A stretch of DNA of 32,000 nucleotides from Candidatus Methanoperedens sp. (GTDB lineage Archaea; Halobacteriota; Methanosarcinia; Methanosarcinales; Methanoperedenaceae). Location: NCBI GenBank assembly GCA_027460535.1, contig JAPZAR010000011.1, forward strand, positions 180,001 to 212,000, read 5' to 3'. This document shows positions 25,389-32,000 of this stretch, one piece after another. How positions within the stretch are numbered: the first letter of the stretch is position 1; the number at the start of each line of letters is the position of its first letter. Under the pieces are notes generated by a model. The model worked only from the letters and a program-made list of their open reading frames with translations. It searched no databases and had not been told where the DNA came from. Both the position numbers and the translations under genes were made by a program.

Positions 25389-26519
25389 ATGAATAATGAC
25401 TTATTTAATATTATAATCGGCTATGCAAAGCCCAAGAATCCCATCGCGCTTGCTTCCATGGCCGGCATCAACGACAGCAAGTTCGCATCGAGGTTCAAGA
25501 ACGCAGGATTAATCATTTTGGGGGGTTACAATCTTGATGAGCAAACGAATGAAGCTGCAAGAAAAGAAATGGAACGCGGACGGAAGGAATTCGTTTCCAG
25601 CGAGCCGATGAAGTTCCTGGAGGCCGAACTTGAAGCCACAAAAGGATTCACCACTGTTGCGGTCAATGTCCGCGCCGCATCCCTCGAGCCTTTTTTAGAG
25701 GCTGCACGCCTCGCAAAAAAATTCGATGCGATATTGGAAATAAATGCTCATTGCAGGCAGCCTGAAATGACCAAACTCGGCGTGGGTGAAGCATTATTGA
25801 AAGATATCCCGCGCCTTTGCGAGTATGCCCGTGAGATAAAGAAGACGGGTGTTGTACTTTCTGTTAAAACTCGTGCAAACGTGGTGGATGATGTTGAGCT
25901 TGCCAGGGCTCTTGAGAAAGCTGGTGTGGATATAATTCATATCGATGCCATGCATCCTGAGGGCGTGGATATCGGGGTTATTAAACGCGTTCGAAACTCA
26001 ACCGACCTGTTCATAATAGGTAACAATTCAGTGGTGGATTTTGAGAGCGCAAAAGAATTTTTCTCGCATGGCGCGGATATGGTATCCGTAGCGCGCGCTG
26101 TTCTTAAGGCGCCTCAAACCATCGATTATCTAGTACAAGAAGTCTCTTCTTTCCAGTCCATGACCGGATGGTACAACGCCCCTAAGCATATCTGCGGTGG
26201 CGGTGATCTCCGTGCGCTTGCGTTCTGCTGCCTTCCTGTAAAGCCCTGCGCACTGCATGGCGCCCTCAAGCAGGCCGGGCTAAGTGCTGAAGAGTTCATG
26301 AAGATAAAGACCGAATTTGCCCGGAAAACACCCCTCGAGTATGGAGAGGGGACCTGTTTTGGCAGCATGACATGGTGCTGCAAGATAACCAAACCCTGTA
26401 TCCTCAGAGACTCCGCGCTGGAGGCCTCAGGGCTTTCCGATGTTGAATATATGAAGATAAAAAAGAAATTGTCAGAGTATATTTGGAAACGCAGGAAGAA
26501 ATCTGCGCTACCGGAGTAA
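25389..26519 (+). CDS. NifR3/Dus-related TIM-barrel-like protein fused to a duplicated Cys-rich C-terminal module
   Basis: The N-terminal ~250 aa contain LEINAHCRQPEM (compare Dus/DHOD xDINxGCPxxK / EINxSCPN), IHIDAM and IIGNNSV..FESAKEFFSHGADMVSVARA, which are barrel-type motifs. The C-terminus holds two copies of C-x(6-11)-CC-x3-KPC-x(n)-GLSxxE[FY]MKIK (aa 269-310 and 323-361). Confidence 0.6.
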   Translation: MNNDLFNIIIGYAKPKNPIALASMAGINDSKFASRFKNAGLIILGGYNLDEQTNEAARKEMERGRKEFVSSEPMKFLEAELEATKGFTTVAVNVRAASLEPFLEAARLAKKFDAILEINAHCRQPEMTKLGVGEALLKDIPRLCEYAREIKKTGVVLSVKTRANVVDDVELARALEKAGVDIIHIDAMHPEGVDIGVIKRVRNSTDLFIIGNNSVVDFESAKEFFSHGADMVSVARAVLKAPQTIDYLVQEVSSFQSMTGWYNAPKHICGGGDLRALAFCCLPVKPCALHGALKQAGLSAEEFMKIKTEFARKTPLEYGEGTCFGSMTWCCKITKPCILRDSALEASGLSDVEYMKIKKKLSEYIWKRRKKSALPE

Positions 26520-26521
26520 TG

Positions 26522-26917
26522 CTATTGGAGTAATTTTAGAATTCTAATCCCCAGCTCGATACACTCCATTTTCTCTTTAACTCTCGCAAGGTCAGTTTCA
26601 TTTTCGAGGCCCTGAGCGATGCTCTGGATTTTGTTTCTTAGCACAAGGTCGAGCTGGTTGAATGCTGGCTGCCCTGGATGGCTCTGACCGGATATGTTTT
26701 CCTCCTGCCTTTTTGACGTATTTGATACCTGGTCCGTCTTGATCTCGGGTCTTTTTTCGGGAATACCTTCCCTAGAATCGCATACCGGGCAGAGGACCTT
26801 TCCCTGGTATCTGAACATTGGAGCCCCGCATTCATGGTGGTTCGCCAGCATGGTCCCGCCTTTTTCAAGCAACCTTGTGATCATCTGTAATTTTCTGTTC
26901 TCATCCGTTTCCGTCAT
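26522..26917 (-). CDS. UPF0148 / Sjogren-scleroderma autoantigen-1-like zinc-ribbon protein
   Basis: LLEKGGTMLANHHECGAPMFRYQGKVLCPVC is followed by a low-complexity linker and a helical C-terminus. The family is recognised from memory. Confidence 0.6.
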   Translation of the reverse strand: MTETDENRKLQMITRLLEKGGTMLANHHECGAPMFRYQGKVLCPVCDSREGIPEKRPEIKTDQVSNTSKRQEENISGQSHPGQPAFNQLDLVLRNKIQSIAQGLENETDLARVKEKMECIELGIRILKLLQ

Positions 26918-26988
26918 TTTGTATCACCGAAAGTCTTTTCATGCAATAGTTCTATTATTGGCGGCTTGTTTTATAAACGTAGCCTGAA

Positions 26989-27267
26989 GTGATTACCGTG
27001 TCGGAAAATTCAACCGAAGTGATAAGGCAGTGCATCGAGGTGCTGGATAGGATAGTTAATGACGATTCTGTTCCAAGGAACATCAGAAGAACTGCGGATA
27101 ACATGAAAAACGTGCTTTCAAATGAAAAAGAACCTCCGTCCGTTAGAACTGCCATGGTAATTTCCAGGCTGGATGAGATGGGCAATGATCCAAACGTACC
27201 CATTCATACAAGGACATTGATCTGGGGGCTTTCAAGTCAACTGGAGACAATTCCTGTAGACCGATGA
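26989..27267 (+). CDS. UPF0147 family protein
   Basis: DDSVPRNIRRTADNMKNVL and RLDEMGNDPNVPIHTRTLIW are characteristic of the archaeal UPF0147 family. It uses a GTG start at 26989 or 26998, since there is no upstream in-frame ATG. Confidence 0.65.
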   Translation: MITVSENSTEVIRQCIEVLDRIVNDDSVPRNIRRTADNMKNVLSNEKEPPSVRTAMVISRLDEMGNDPNVPIHTRTLIWGLSSQLETIPVDR

Positions 27268-27293
27268 ACACTGAATTCACGGGATGATAACCT

Positions 27294-27313
27294 ACCCCCT
27301 TATTTCATCTGGA
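27294..27313 (-). repeat. ORB box (reverse orientation): TCCAGATGAAATAAGGGGGT
   Basis: The plus strand reads acccccttatttcatctgga. It matches the window's own consensus YTCCA-N2-3-GAAAYAAWGGGGTY. Confidence 0.75.
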
Positions 27314-27420
27314 TAGTTGGAATTTTCTTGGTCCGGGGCTATCGTGAGGTCATTGTCCACCTCGGAATTTTCAGTATACGTGTTCTGGACCTTATGGAAT
27401 TACTGTCATAATTTCCCCAA

Positions 27421-27490
27421 ATTTCTTTGATTTCTTTCATTACATTTTTTTAATTTTTATCAAAAAGAGAAAGATTTATATATAGTTAAG
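27421..27490. other. AT-rich duplex unwinding element candidate
   Basis: atttctttgatttctttcattacatttttttaatttttatcaaaaagagaaagatttatatatag is the most A/T-rich stretch of the window. It lies between oppositely oriented ORBs. Confidence 0.6.
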
Positions 27491-27514
27491 ACCACAGTAG
27501 GACACATTGGGGTT
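27491..27514 (+). repeat. ORB box variant: ACCACAGTAGGACACATTGGGGTT
   Basis: It shares CCACAG...ACA(A/T)TGGGGT with the other boxes and has a 2-nt expansion. Confidence 0.55.
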
Positions 27515-27553
27515 ATTTATATCAAATATTATATTGAATTGGTGTTAGACTAT

Positions 27554-27575
27554 CTCCAGACGAAACAATGGGGTT
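27554..27575 (+). repeat. ORB box: CTCCAGACGAAACAATGGGGTT
   Basis: Direct reading. Confidence 0.8.
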
Positions 27576-27592
27576 GGTCTCATCACATGTCT

Positions 27593-27614
27593 CTCCAGTA
27601 GAAATAAAGGGGTT
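27593..27614 (+). repeat. ORB box: CTCCAGTAGAAATAAAGGGGTT
   Basis: Direct reading. Confidence 0.8.
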
Positions 27615-27720
27615 AAGAAGCTGCAAGGGATAAAATCACTCCAGCCAATAAGAAAAATGAATTTTAAAAGAGCCAGAAGCGTATCGATTTTATAAAATGT
27701 GCCCGGACCGACTCGAAAAA

Positions 27721-27742
27721 TTCCACAGGAAACAATGGGGTC
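27721..27742 (+). repeat. ORB box: TTCCACAGGAAACAATGGGGTC, overlapping the orc1 promoter region
   Basis: Direct reading. It lies about 30 nt before the orc1 ORF opening. Confidence 0.8.
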
Positions 27743-27773
27743 TTAACCAAAAGTCTTAATACCTTTCCTTCCA

Positions 27774-29042
27774 TTGCATCACGTGCAACGGAGGGTTGAA
27801 GGATTGGACAATGCAACAACAATAAAAGGAATCTTCGAGGATATGCTTACAATAGTAAATATCTTCGAGAACAGAGAGGTTCTCCGGTCGACATATACAC
27901 CGGATTATCTCCCCCACAGGAATGACCAGGTAAAGGGATTGGCAACAATTCTTGTTTCTGCGCTAAGAGGCGAAACGCCTTCGAATGTTCTGGTATATGG
28001 TAAAACCGGGACAGGAAAAACGGCTGTAGCAAAACATGTTGGGCAGGAGCTGGAAAGAACTGGTGAGATCTACGGAATACCGTGTGTTGTTATCTACATA
28101 AACTGTGAGGTTGTGGATACTCAATACCGTTTGCTCGCATCGCTTGCGAGACATTTCGATAAAGAAATACCCATGACAGGGTGGCCCACGGACCAGGTAT
28201 ACACTGAGTTCAAAAATGCGGTGGACTCCACGAGACGCATCGCGATAATAATTCTTGACGAAGTGGACAAGCTGATAAACAAAGGGGATGACGTACTCTA
28301 CAATCTCACAAGGATAAACTCTGATCTAAAAAAGACAAAGGTCAGTCTTATCGGGATAACTAATGACCTGAAGTTTACGGAATTCCTGGATCCAAGGGTA
28401 AAAAGTTCACTTGGCGAGGAAGAAATAATATTCCCGCCATATGATGCCAACCAGATAAGGGATATCCTGCAGGAAAGAGCGAAAATGGCGTTCAAGCCCG
28501 GGGTTCTGGAGGAGTCAGTAATCCCCCTGTGCGCAGCATATGCCGCGCAGGAGCATGGTGATGCCAGGAGGGCTCTGGATCTGCTGCGTGTATCAGGCGA
28601 GCTCGCAGAACGCTCCAAGGCCCCGAAAGTCCTTGAAATTCATGTGAGGCAGGCCCAGGAGAAAATCGAGACCGACAGGATAGTGGAAGTTGTCAAGACC
28701 TTACCCAGCCAGTCAAAACTTGTATTGCTGAGCGCTGTGCTTCTCAACAACAATGCTGAGGGAAATATAACAACAGGAGAAGCATACAATATTTACAAGC
28801 AGATGTGCAGGATGATAGGGATAGACATCTTGACCCAGAGAAGGGTTACGGATTTGATCTCTGAACTTGATATGCTCGGCATATTGAACGCTACCGTTAT
28901 AAGCAAGGGCAGGTACGGGAGGACAAAAGAGATATCCCTGAGCGTCCCGACAGACAGCACGCGTAAAGTGCTCTTTGAAGATTACAGGTTAAAACCGCTT
29001 GAGGGATTCCAGCCTCCCAACCAGACAAAGCTATACGCCTAG
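27774..29042 (+). CDS. orc1: Orc1/Cdc6 replication initiator (AAA+ plus winged helix)
   Basis: YTPDYLPHRNDQ, Walker A YGKTGTGKT, Walker B IIILDEVD, sensor GITND and GDARRALDLLR. The track ORF opens on TTG 27774. ATG 27843 (MLTIVNIFENREVL) is the likelier start. Confidence 0.9.
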   Translation: MHHVQRRVEGLDNATTIKGIFEDMLTIVNIFENREVLRSTYTPDYLPHRNDQVKGLATILVSALRGETPSNVLVYGKTGTGKTAVAKHVGQELERTGEIYGIPCVVIYINCEVVDTQYRLLASLARHFDKEIPMTGWPTDQVYTEFKNAVDSTRRIAIIILDEVDKLINKGDDVLYNLTRINSDLKKTKVSLIGITNDLKFTEFLDPRVKSSLGEEEIIFPPYDANQIRDILQERAKMAFKPGVLEESVIPLCAAYAAQEHGDARRALDLLRVSGELAERSKAPKVLEIHVRQAQEKIETDRIVEVVKTLPSQSKLVLLSAVLLNNNAEGNITTGEAYNIYKQMCRMIGIDILTQRRVTDLISELDMLGILNATVISKGRYGRTKEISLSVPTDSTRKVLFEDYRLKPLEGFQPPNQTKLYA

Positions 29043-29606
29043 CATTTTCCTGGGAATAAGAGACACATAACCCAGTATGGGCACGCGGTAAAAACGGGCA
29101 ACGCCTATTATCCACTCCTTTTTTATCGGCTGATTGAAGCTTATGCTTCCCTGCTGGTCATAGTAGGGATTGGTGTAGATGTTGTCCCCTTTGGTTATGT
29201 ATCCTGCATGAGGTGCCGCAGGTCCGTCAGGCCACATGGAATCCCCCTGTTCCACATAATACCTGGCACGATGGATGATCGGAGTGACCCCCGGTCTTCC
29301 ATATGGTCTGTAAAGTATCACATCACCGTAATCATCAAAGGATGCATACCCGATCTTTCTTCCCGTCTCATATGTTATTACCTGGGTGCGGTCGATACTC
29401 TCAACAAAGATGATATCTCCTATCTGTATATGCGGTATCATGCTGCCGCTTTCCACGGCAACCATGGGTGTCCACAGACCGAGTGCGACATACGATATCG
29501 ATGCGAAGATCGTTACTGCCAGAATTACAAAAATAAAATCCCTTATCAATCCTACCCAGAAGTTCTCGCTTTCATTGAAGGCTTTAAAACTCTCTTTCAG
29601 ACCCAT
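29031..29606 (-). CDS. Signal peptidase I, archaeal/eukaryal Sec11 type (S26B)
   Basis: An N-terminal TM anchor is followed by VESGSMIPHIQIGDIIFV (catalytic Ser box) and IIHRA (His box). Confidence 0.8.
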   Translation of the reverse strand: MGLKESFKAFNESENFWVGLIRDFIFVILAVTIFASISYVALGLWTPMVAVESGSMIPHIQIGDIIFVESIDRTQVITYETGRKIGYASFDDYGDVILYRPYGRPGVTPIIHRARYYVEQGDSMWPDGPAAPHAGYITKGDNIYTNPYYDQQGSISFNQPIKKEWIIGVARFYRVPILGYVSLIPRKMLGV

Positions 29607-29649
29607 GGCAGGAATCTAATATCAGAATAAAAGGATAAAGGTTTGCCTG

Positions 29650-31155
29650 ATGGCAGGAAAAATTTTATCTCGACTCACTGTATATAGGTTAAACATGGAG
29701 ACTGGCGAGATCATTCAGGTATTCGCGGAATCTGGATTCCAGATAGACCCTGAGGCGCTCGATATATTGAGGTCAAATGGATCGCCTGAATTGATACAGG
29801 TATTATTGAAGTCAATGGACGATTCGGTGATGGTGGTCGGGGCAGAGCATCTCAAACCTCTGACCTCCAGGATAACTGTTGATGGCGTAAAAATTGAAAA
29901 AGAAAATGAGTCTCTTGCCGGGAAAAAGTTAAAATCTTCAACAGGCAAGATCTCCGGACCCCGCCCCGTGACCATACTCTCGGATATAACGAACCAGTCA
30001 ACCTGCATAGGAGAATACACAGATTTTGTGGGGTATTTCAGGGACCGCTACGGTCTGCTTTCGGACATTCTGCGGAAGAGATTAAGCGGAAGACCCATCG
30101 AGAGCCTGAAGAAAAGTAACCTGGATTCGAAAGAGGAACTTTCCATAATCGGCATGGTTTTAGATATAAGAACAACATCAAACGGACATAAACTGATCGA
30201 GGTAGAGGACAGGACAGGAACTGCGCGCGTTTTGATCCATAAGGAAAGAGATAAGGAGTTGCTTGAACTGGCAAGAAGCATCCTCCTAGATGAAGTGATA
30301 GGAGTAACAGGCACGCTCTCCAGCGATGGGAATCTCATATTCGCGAACAAGATCATAAGACCTGACTTACCCAACACCCAGAATTCACTTGAAAGGAAAA
30401 AAGAGGGAAAAGCAGTATTTATTTCGGATATCCACGTAGGCAGTAAGACCTTTCTTGAAGATGCCTGGTTCAGGTTCGTGAAATGGCTCGGAGATGATAT
30501 TGATTATCTTGTCATAGCAGGGGACGTCGTGGATGGAATAGGGGTGTTCCCAAACCAGGATAAGGAATTGGCAGTCCTGGATATCTACGAGCAGTATGAG
30601 AAAGCTGCGGGTTATTTGAACGCAGTGCCAGAACACATCAGGATCATAATATCCCCGGGAAACCACGATGCAGTGAGGCAGGCAGAGCCGCAGCCGCGCT
30701 TTCCTGAAAAAATAACAAGGATGTTCAGGAAAGACATAACCTTCGTCGGCAACCCTGCACTGGTGGAGATAGGAGGAGCACGTGTCCTGATATATCATGG
30801 CAGGTCAATGGATGACATTATTGCAAACACGCCGGGATTTTCTTATGCCGATCCCTCAAAACCCATGAACGAAATGCTGAAACTCCGCCACCTCTCGCCA
30901 ATTTACGGTGGCCGGGTCTCAATAGCGCCTGAAAAAAAGGATCACTTCGTAATCGACCCTATACCGGATATCCTCCATTGCGGGCATGTGCATACTGTCG
31001 GTGTTTCACGCTACAAAGATGTGCTGACAATAAACAGCGGGACATGGCAGAGCCAGACAGAATTCCAGAAGAGGATGAACCTCCAGCCCATGCCGGCGAA
31101 GGCGACCATAGTAAATCTCGCAAGCATGGACTACAAAATATTATCTTTTGACTGA
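29650..31155 (+). CDS. polB: DNA polymerase D (Pol II) small subunit DP1, Mre11-like phosphodiesterase/3'-5' exonuclease
   Basis: An OB-fold region is followed by the calcineurin-like motifs FISDIHVGS, IAGDVVDG, GNHD, YHG and CGHVH. An alternative start at ATG 29695 (METGEIIQVFAESGFQIDPEAL) fits the usual DP1 N-terminus better. Confidence 0.9.
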   Translation: MAGKILSRLTVYRLNMETGEIIQVFAESGFQIDPEALDILRSNGSPELIQVLLKSMDDSVMVVGAEHLKPLTSRITVDGVKIEKENESLAGKKLKSSTGKISGPRPVTILSDITNQSTCIGEYTDFVGYFRDRYGLLSDILRKRLSGRPIESLKKSNLDSKEELSIIGMVLDIRTTSNGHKLIEVEDRTGTARVLIHKERDKELLELARSILLDEVIGVTGTLSSDGNLIFANKIIRPDLPNTQNSLERKKEGKAVFISDIHVGSKTFLEDAWFRFVKWLGDDIDYLVIAGDVVDGIGVFPNQDKELAVLDIYEQYEKAAGYLNAVPEHIRIIISPGNHDAVRQAEPQPRFPEKITRMFRKDITFVGNPALVEIGGARVLIYHGRSMDDIIANTPGFSYADPSKPMNEMLKLRHLSPIYGGRVSIAPEKKDHFVIDPIPDILHCGHVHTVGVSRYKDVLTINSGTWQSQTEFQKRMNLQPMPAKATIVNLASMDYKILSFD

Positions 31156-31156
31156 A

Positions 31157-31912
31157 ATGCTGAAAAACACGTATATACACTTACCAGGAATCGGATCATC
31201 AACAGAACGGAAGATATGGAAGGCCGGCATAGAAAACTGGGAAGACTTTTTGGATAACCTCAACCTGATAAAAGTGCCAAAAACCAAAAAGAGGGTATTG
31301 TTATCGGGGATCGAAGAATCCATCGAGCAATTAACATGCGAGAACCATATTTTTTTCTCCCGGAGACTGGAGGTGCGCGACCAGTGGAGGGCGTACCGGC
31401 ATTTTAAGAATGTAACTGCTTATGTGGATATCGAGACCACCGGGCTTTCACCCGAGTTCAGCAGGATAACGATGATCGGGATATACAACGGGAAGGAAAC
31501 GAAAACATTTATAAGAGGCATCAATCTCGAGGGTGCGCAGGATGAGCTCCGTAAATATAAACAGCTGGTTACATTCAACGGCGCGAGGTTTGACCTTCCT
31601 TTTATTCAACGCGAATTCCCTGGATTTTTCAATCATCTGCATGTTGACCTCATGTATCCCCTGAAAAAAATTGGGTACAGCGGGGGACTTAAGAAAATCG
31701 AGACCTCACTTGGCATAGCAAGAAGTGAGGAAACCTGCGGGATCATGGGATTTGATGCCGTGAGATTGTGGAACATGTATCAACGGGGAAAGGAGGAAGC
31801 CCTTGATATACTGGTAAAATACAACGCAGAAGACGTGGTGAATCTTGAAAAAATTATCGAGATGACCTATCACAGGATGATAGAGAAAGAGATGGACCAC
31901 AAAATGAAGTAG
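31157..31912 (+). CDS. RNase-H-fold (YprB/PolB-exo-like, DEDD) predicted exonuclease with N-terminal HhH-like segment
   Basis: AYVDIETTGL (ExoI-like), LVTFNGARFDLPFI (ExoII-like) and YNAEDV (ExoIII-like); N-terminal HLPGIGSSTERKIWKAGI. The ATG at 31157 lies 1 nt after the DP1 TGA. The track ORF opens on TTG 31148. Confidence 0.6.
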   Translation: MLKNTYIHLPGIGSSTERKIWKAGIENWEDFLDNLNLIKVPKTKKRVLLSGIEESIEQLTCENHIFFSRRLEVRDQWRAYRHFKNVTAYVDIETTGLSPEFSRITMIGIYNGKETKTFIRGINLEGAQDELRKYKQLVTFNGARFDLPFIQREFPGFFNHLHVDLMYPLKKIGYSGGLKKIETSLGIARSEETCGIMGFDAVRLWNMYQRGKEEALDILVKYNAEDVVNLEKIIEMTYHRMIEKEMDHKMK

Positions 31913-31931
31913 TATCTGAAGGACAAATACA

Positions 31932-32000
31932 ATGGAAATATATAAAGACAAACAACAAGAAAACTTTACTCTTGTGGTATCAAGAGATGAGCTCATGGAA
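31932..32000 (+). CDS. Start of an unidentified ORF running off the right edge
   Basis: ATG at 31932, reading MEIYKDKQQENFTLVVSRDELME..., open to the window end. Too short to assess. Confidence 0.2.
   Translation, partial: MEIYKDKQQENFTLVVSRDELME

Larger units (their letters stand above)
27294..27742. other. oriC: Chromosomal replication origin (oriC): inverted ORB boxes flanking an AT-rich DUE, upstream of orc1/cdc6
   Basis: See the individual ORB and DUE features. The 506-bp non-coding gap immediately 5' of orc1 has no credible ORF. Confidence 0.8.

Noticed and set aside
27340-27430. Additional reverse-orientation ORB boxes (ggtcattgtccacctcggaa at about 27340-27360; ttccccaaatttctttg at about 27408-27430) and a forward one at about 27649-27672
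   Set aside because: Only partial matches: they lack either the GGGG or the TCCA half. They are mentioned as possible mini-ORBs but not annotated as features.
1-32000. CRISPR arrays, tRNA/rRNA genes, transposases/integrases, toxin-antitoxin or other defence modules, and in-frame TAG (pyrrolysine) genes
   Set aside because: No regularly spaced repeat-spacer arrays, no cloverleaf-like sequences in the intergenic gaps, no recombinase or nuclease-defence motifs in any ORF, and no ORF pair suggesting TAG read-through. The window reads as housekeeping core genome.

Overview
The window looks like core chromosome of a Methanosarcinales-type archaeon, a methanogen or ANME-2/Methanoperedens-like lineage. 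This assignment is inferred from gene content only. The evidence is a complete 13-gene F420H2 dehydrogenase operon, fpoABCDHI(J1/J2)KLMNO, with the order-specific fpoO and a split fpoJ, plus a methanogenesis-marker-8 gene and a Cys-type CcmE. From left to right the window holds: marker-8 (truncated at the edge) with small unknown genes; a nitrogen cluster (class-I glutamine amidotransferase, glnA, nrpR); a TSUP permease; an unknown exported protein; and a kdpABC K+-ATPase operon. The kdp operon is followed by a kinase-less KdpD-like sensor and then a second, internally deleted tandem copy of that sensor. Next come an orphan ccmE bracketed by unusual phased repeat elements, the fpo operon, and a NifR3/Dus-like TIM-barrel protein with a duplicated Cys-rich tail. 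A UPF0148/UPF0147 pair follows, then a textbook archaeal replication origin (inverted ORB boxes around an AT-rich unwinding element) directly upstream of orc1/cdc6. The window ends with signal peptidase I, the PolD small subunit and a tightly coupled RNase-H-fold exonuclease. I saw no rRNA, tRNA, CRISPR array, transposase or recognisable defence system. The items most worth a second look are the exact in-frame 1029-nt-deleted kdpD tandem paralogue, the 4+4 dyad array of helically phased heptamers next to ccmE, the origin architecture, and the duplicated Cys module protein divergent from fpo. All family assignments come from reading motifs by eye, with no searches run.
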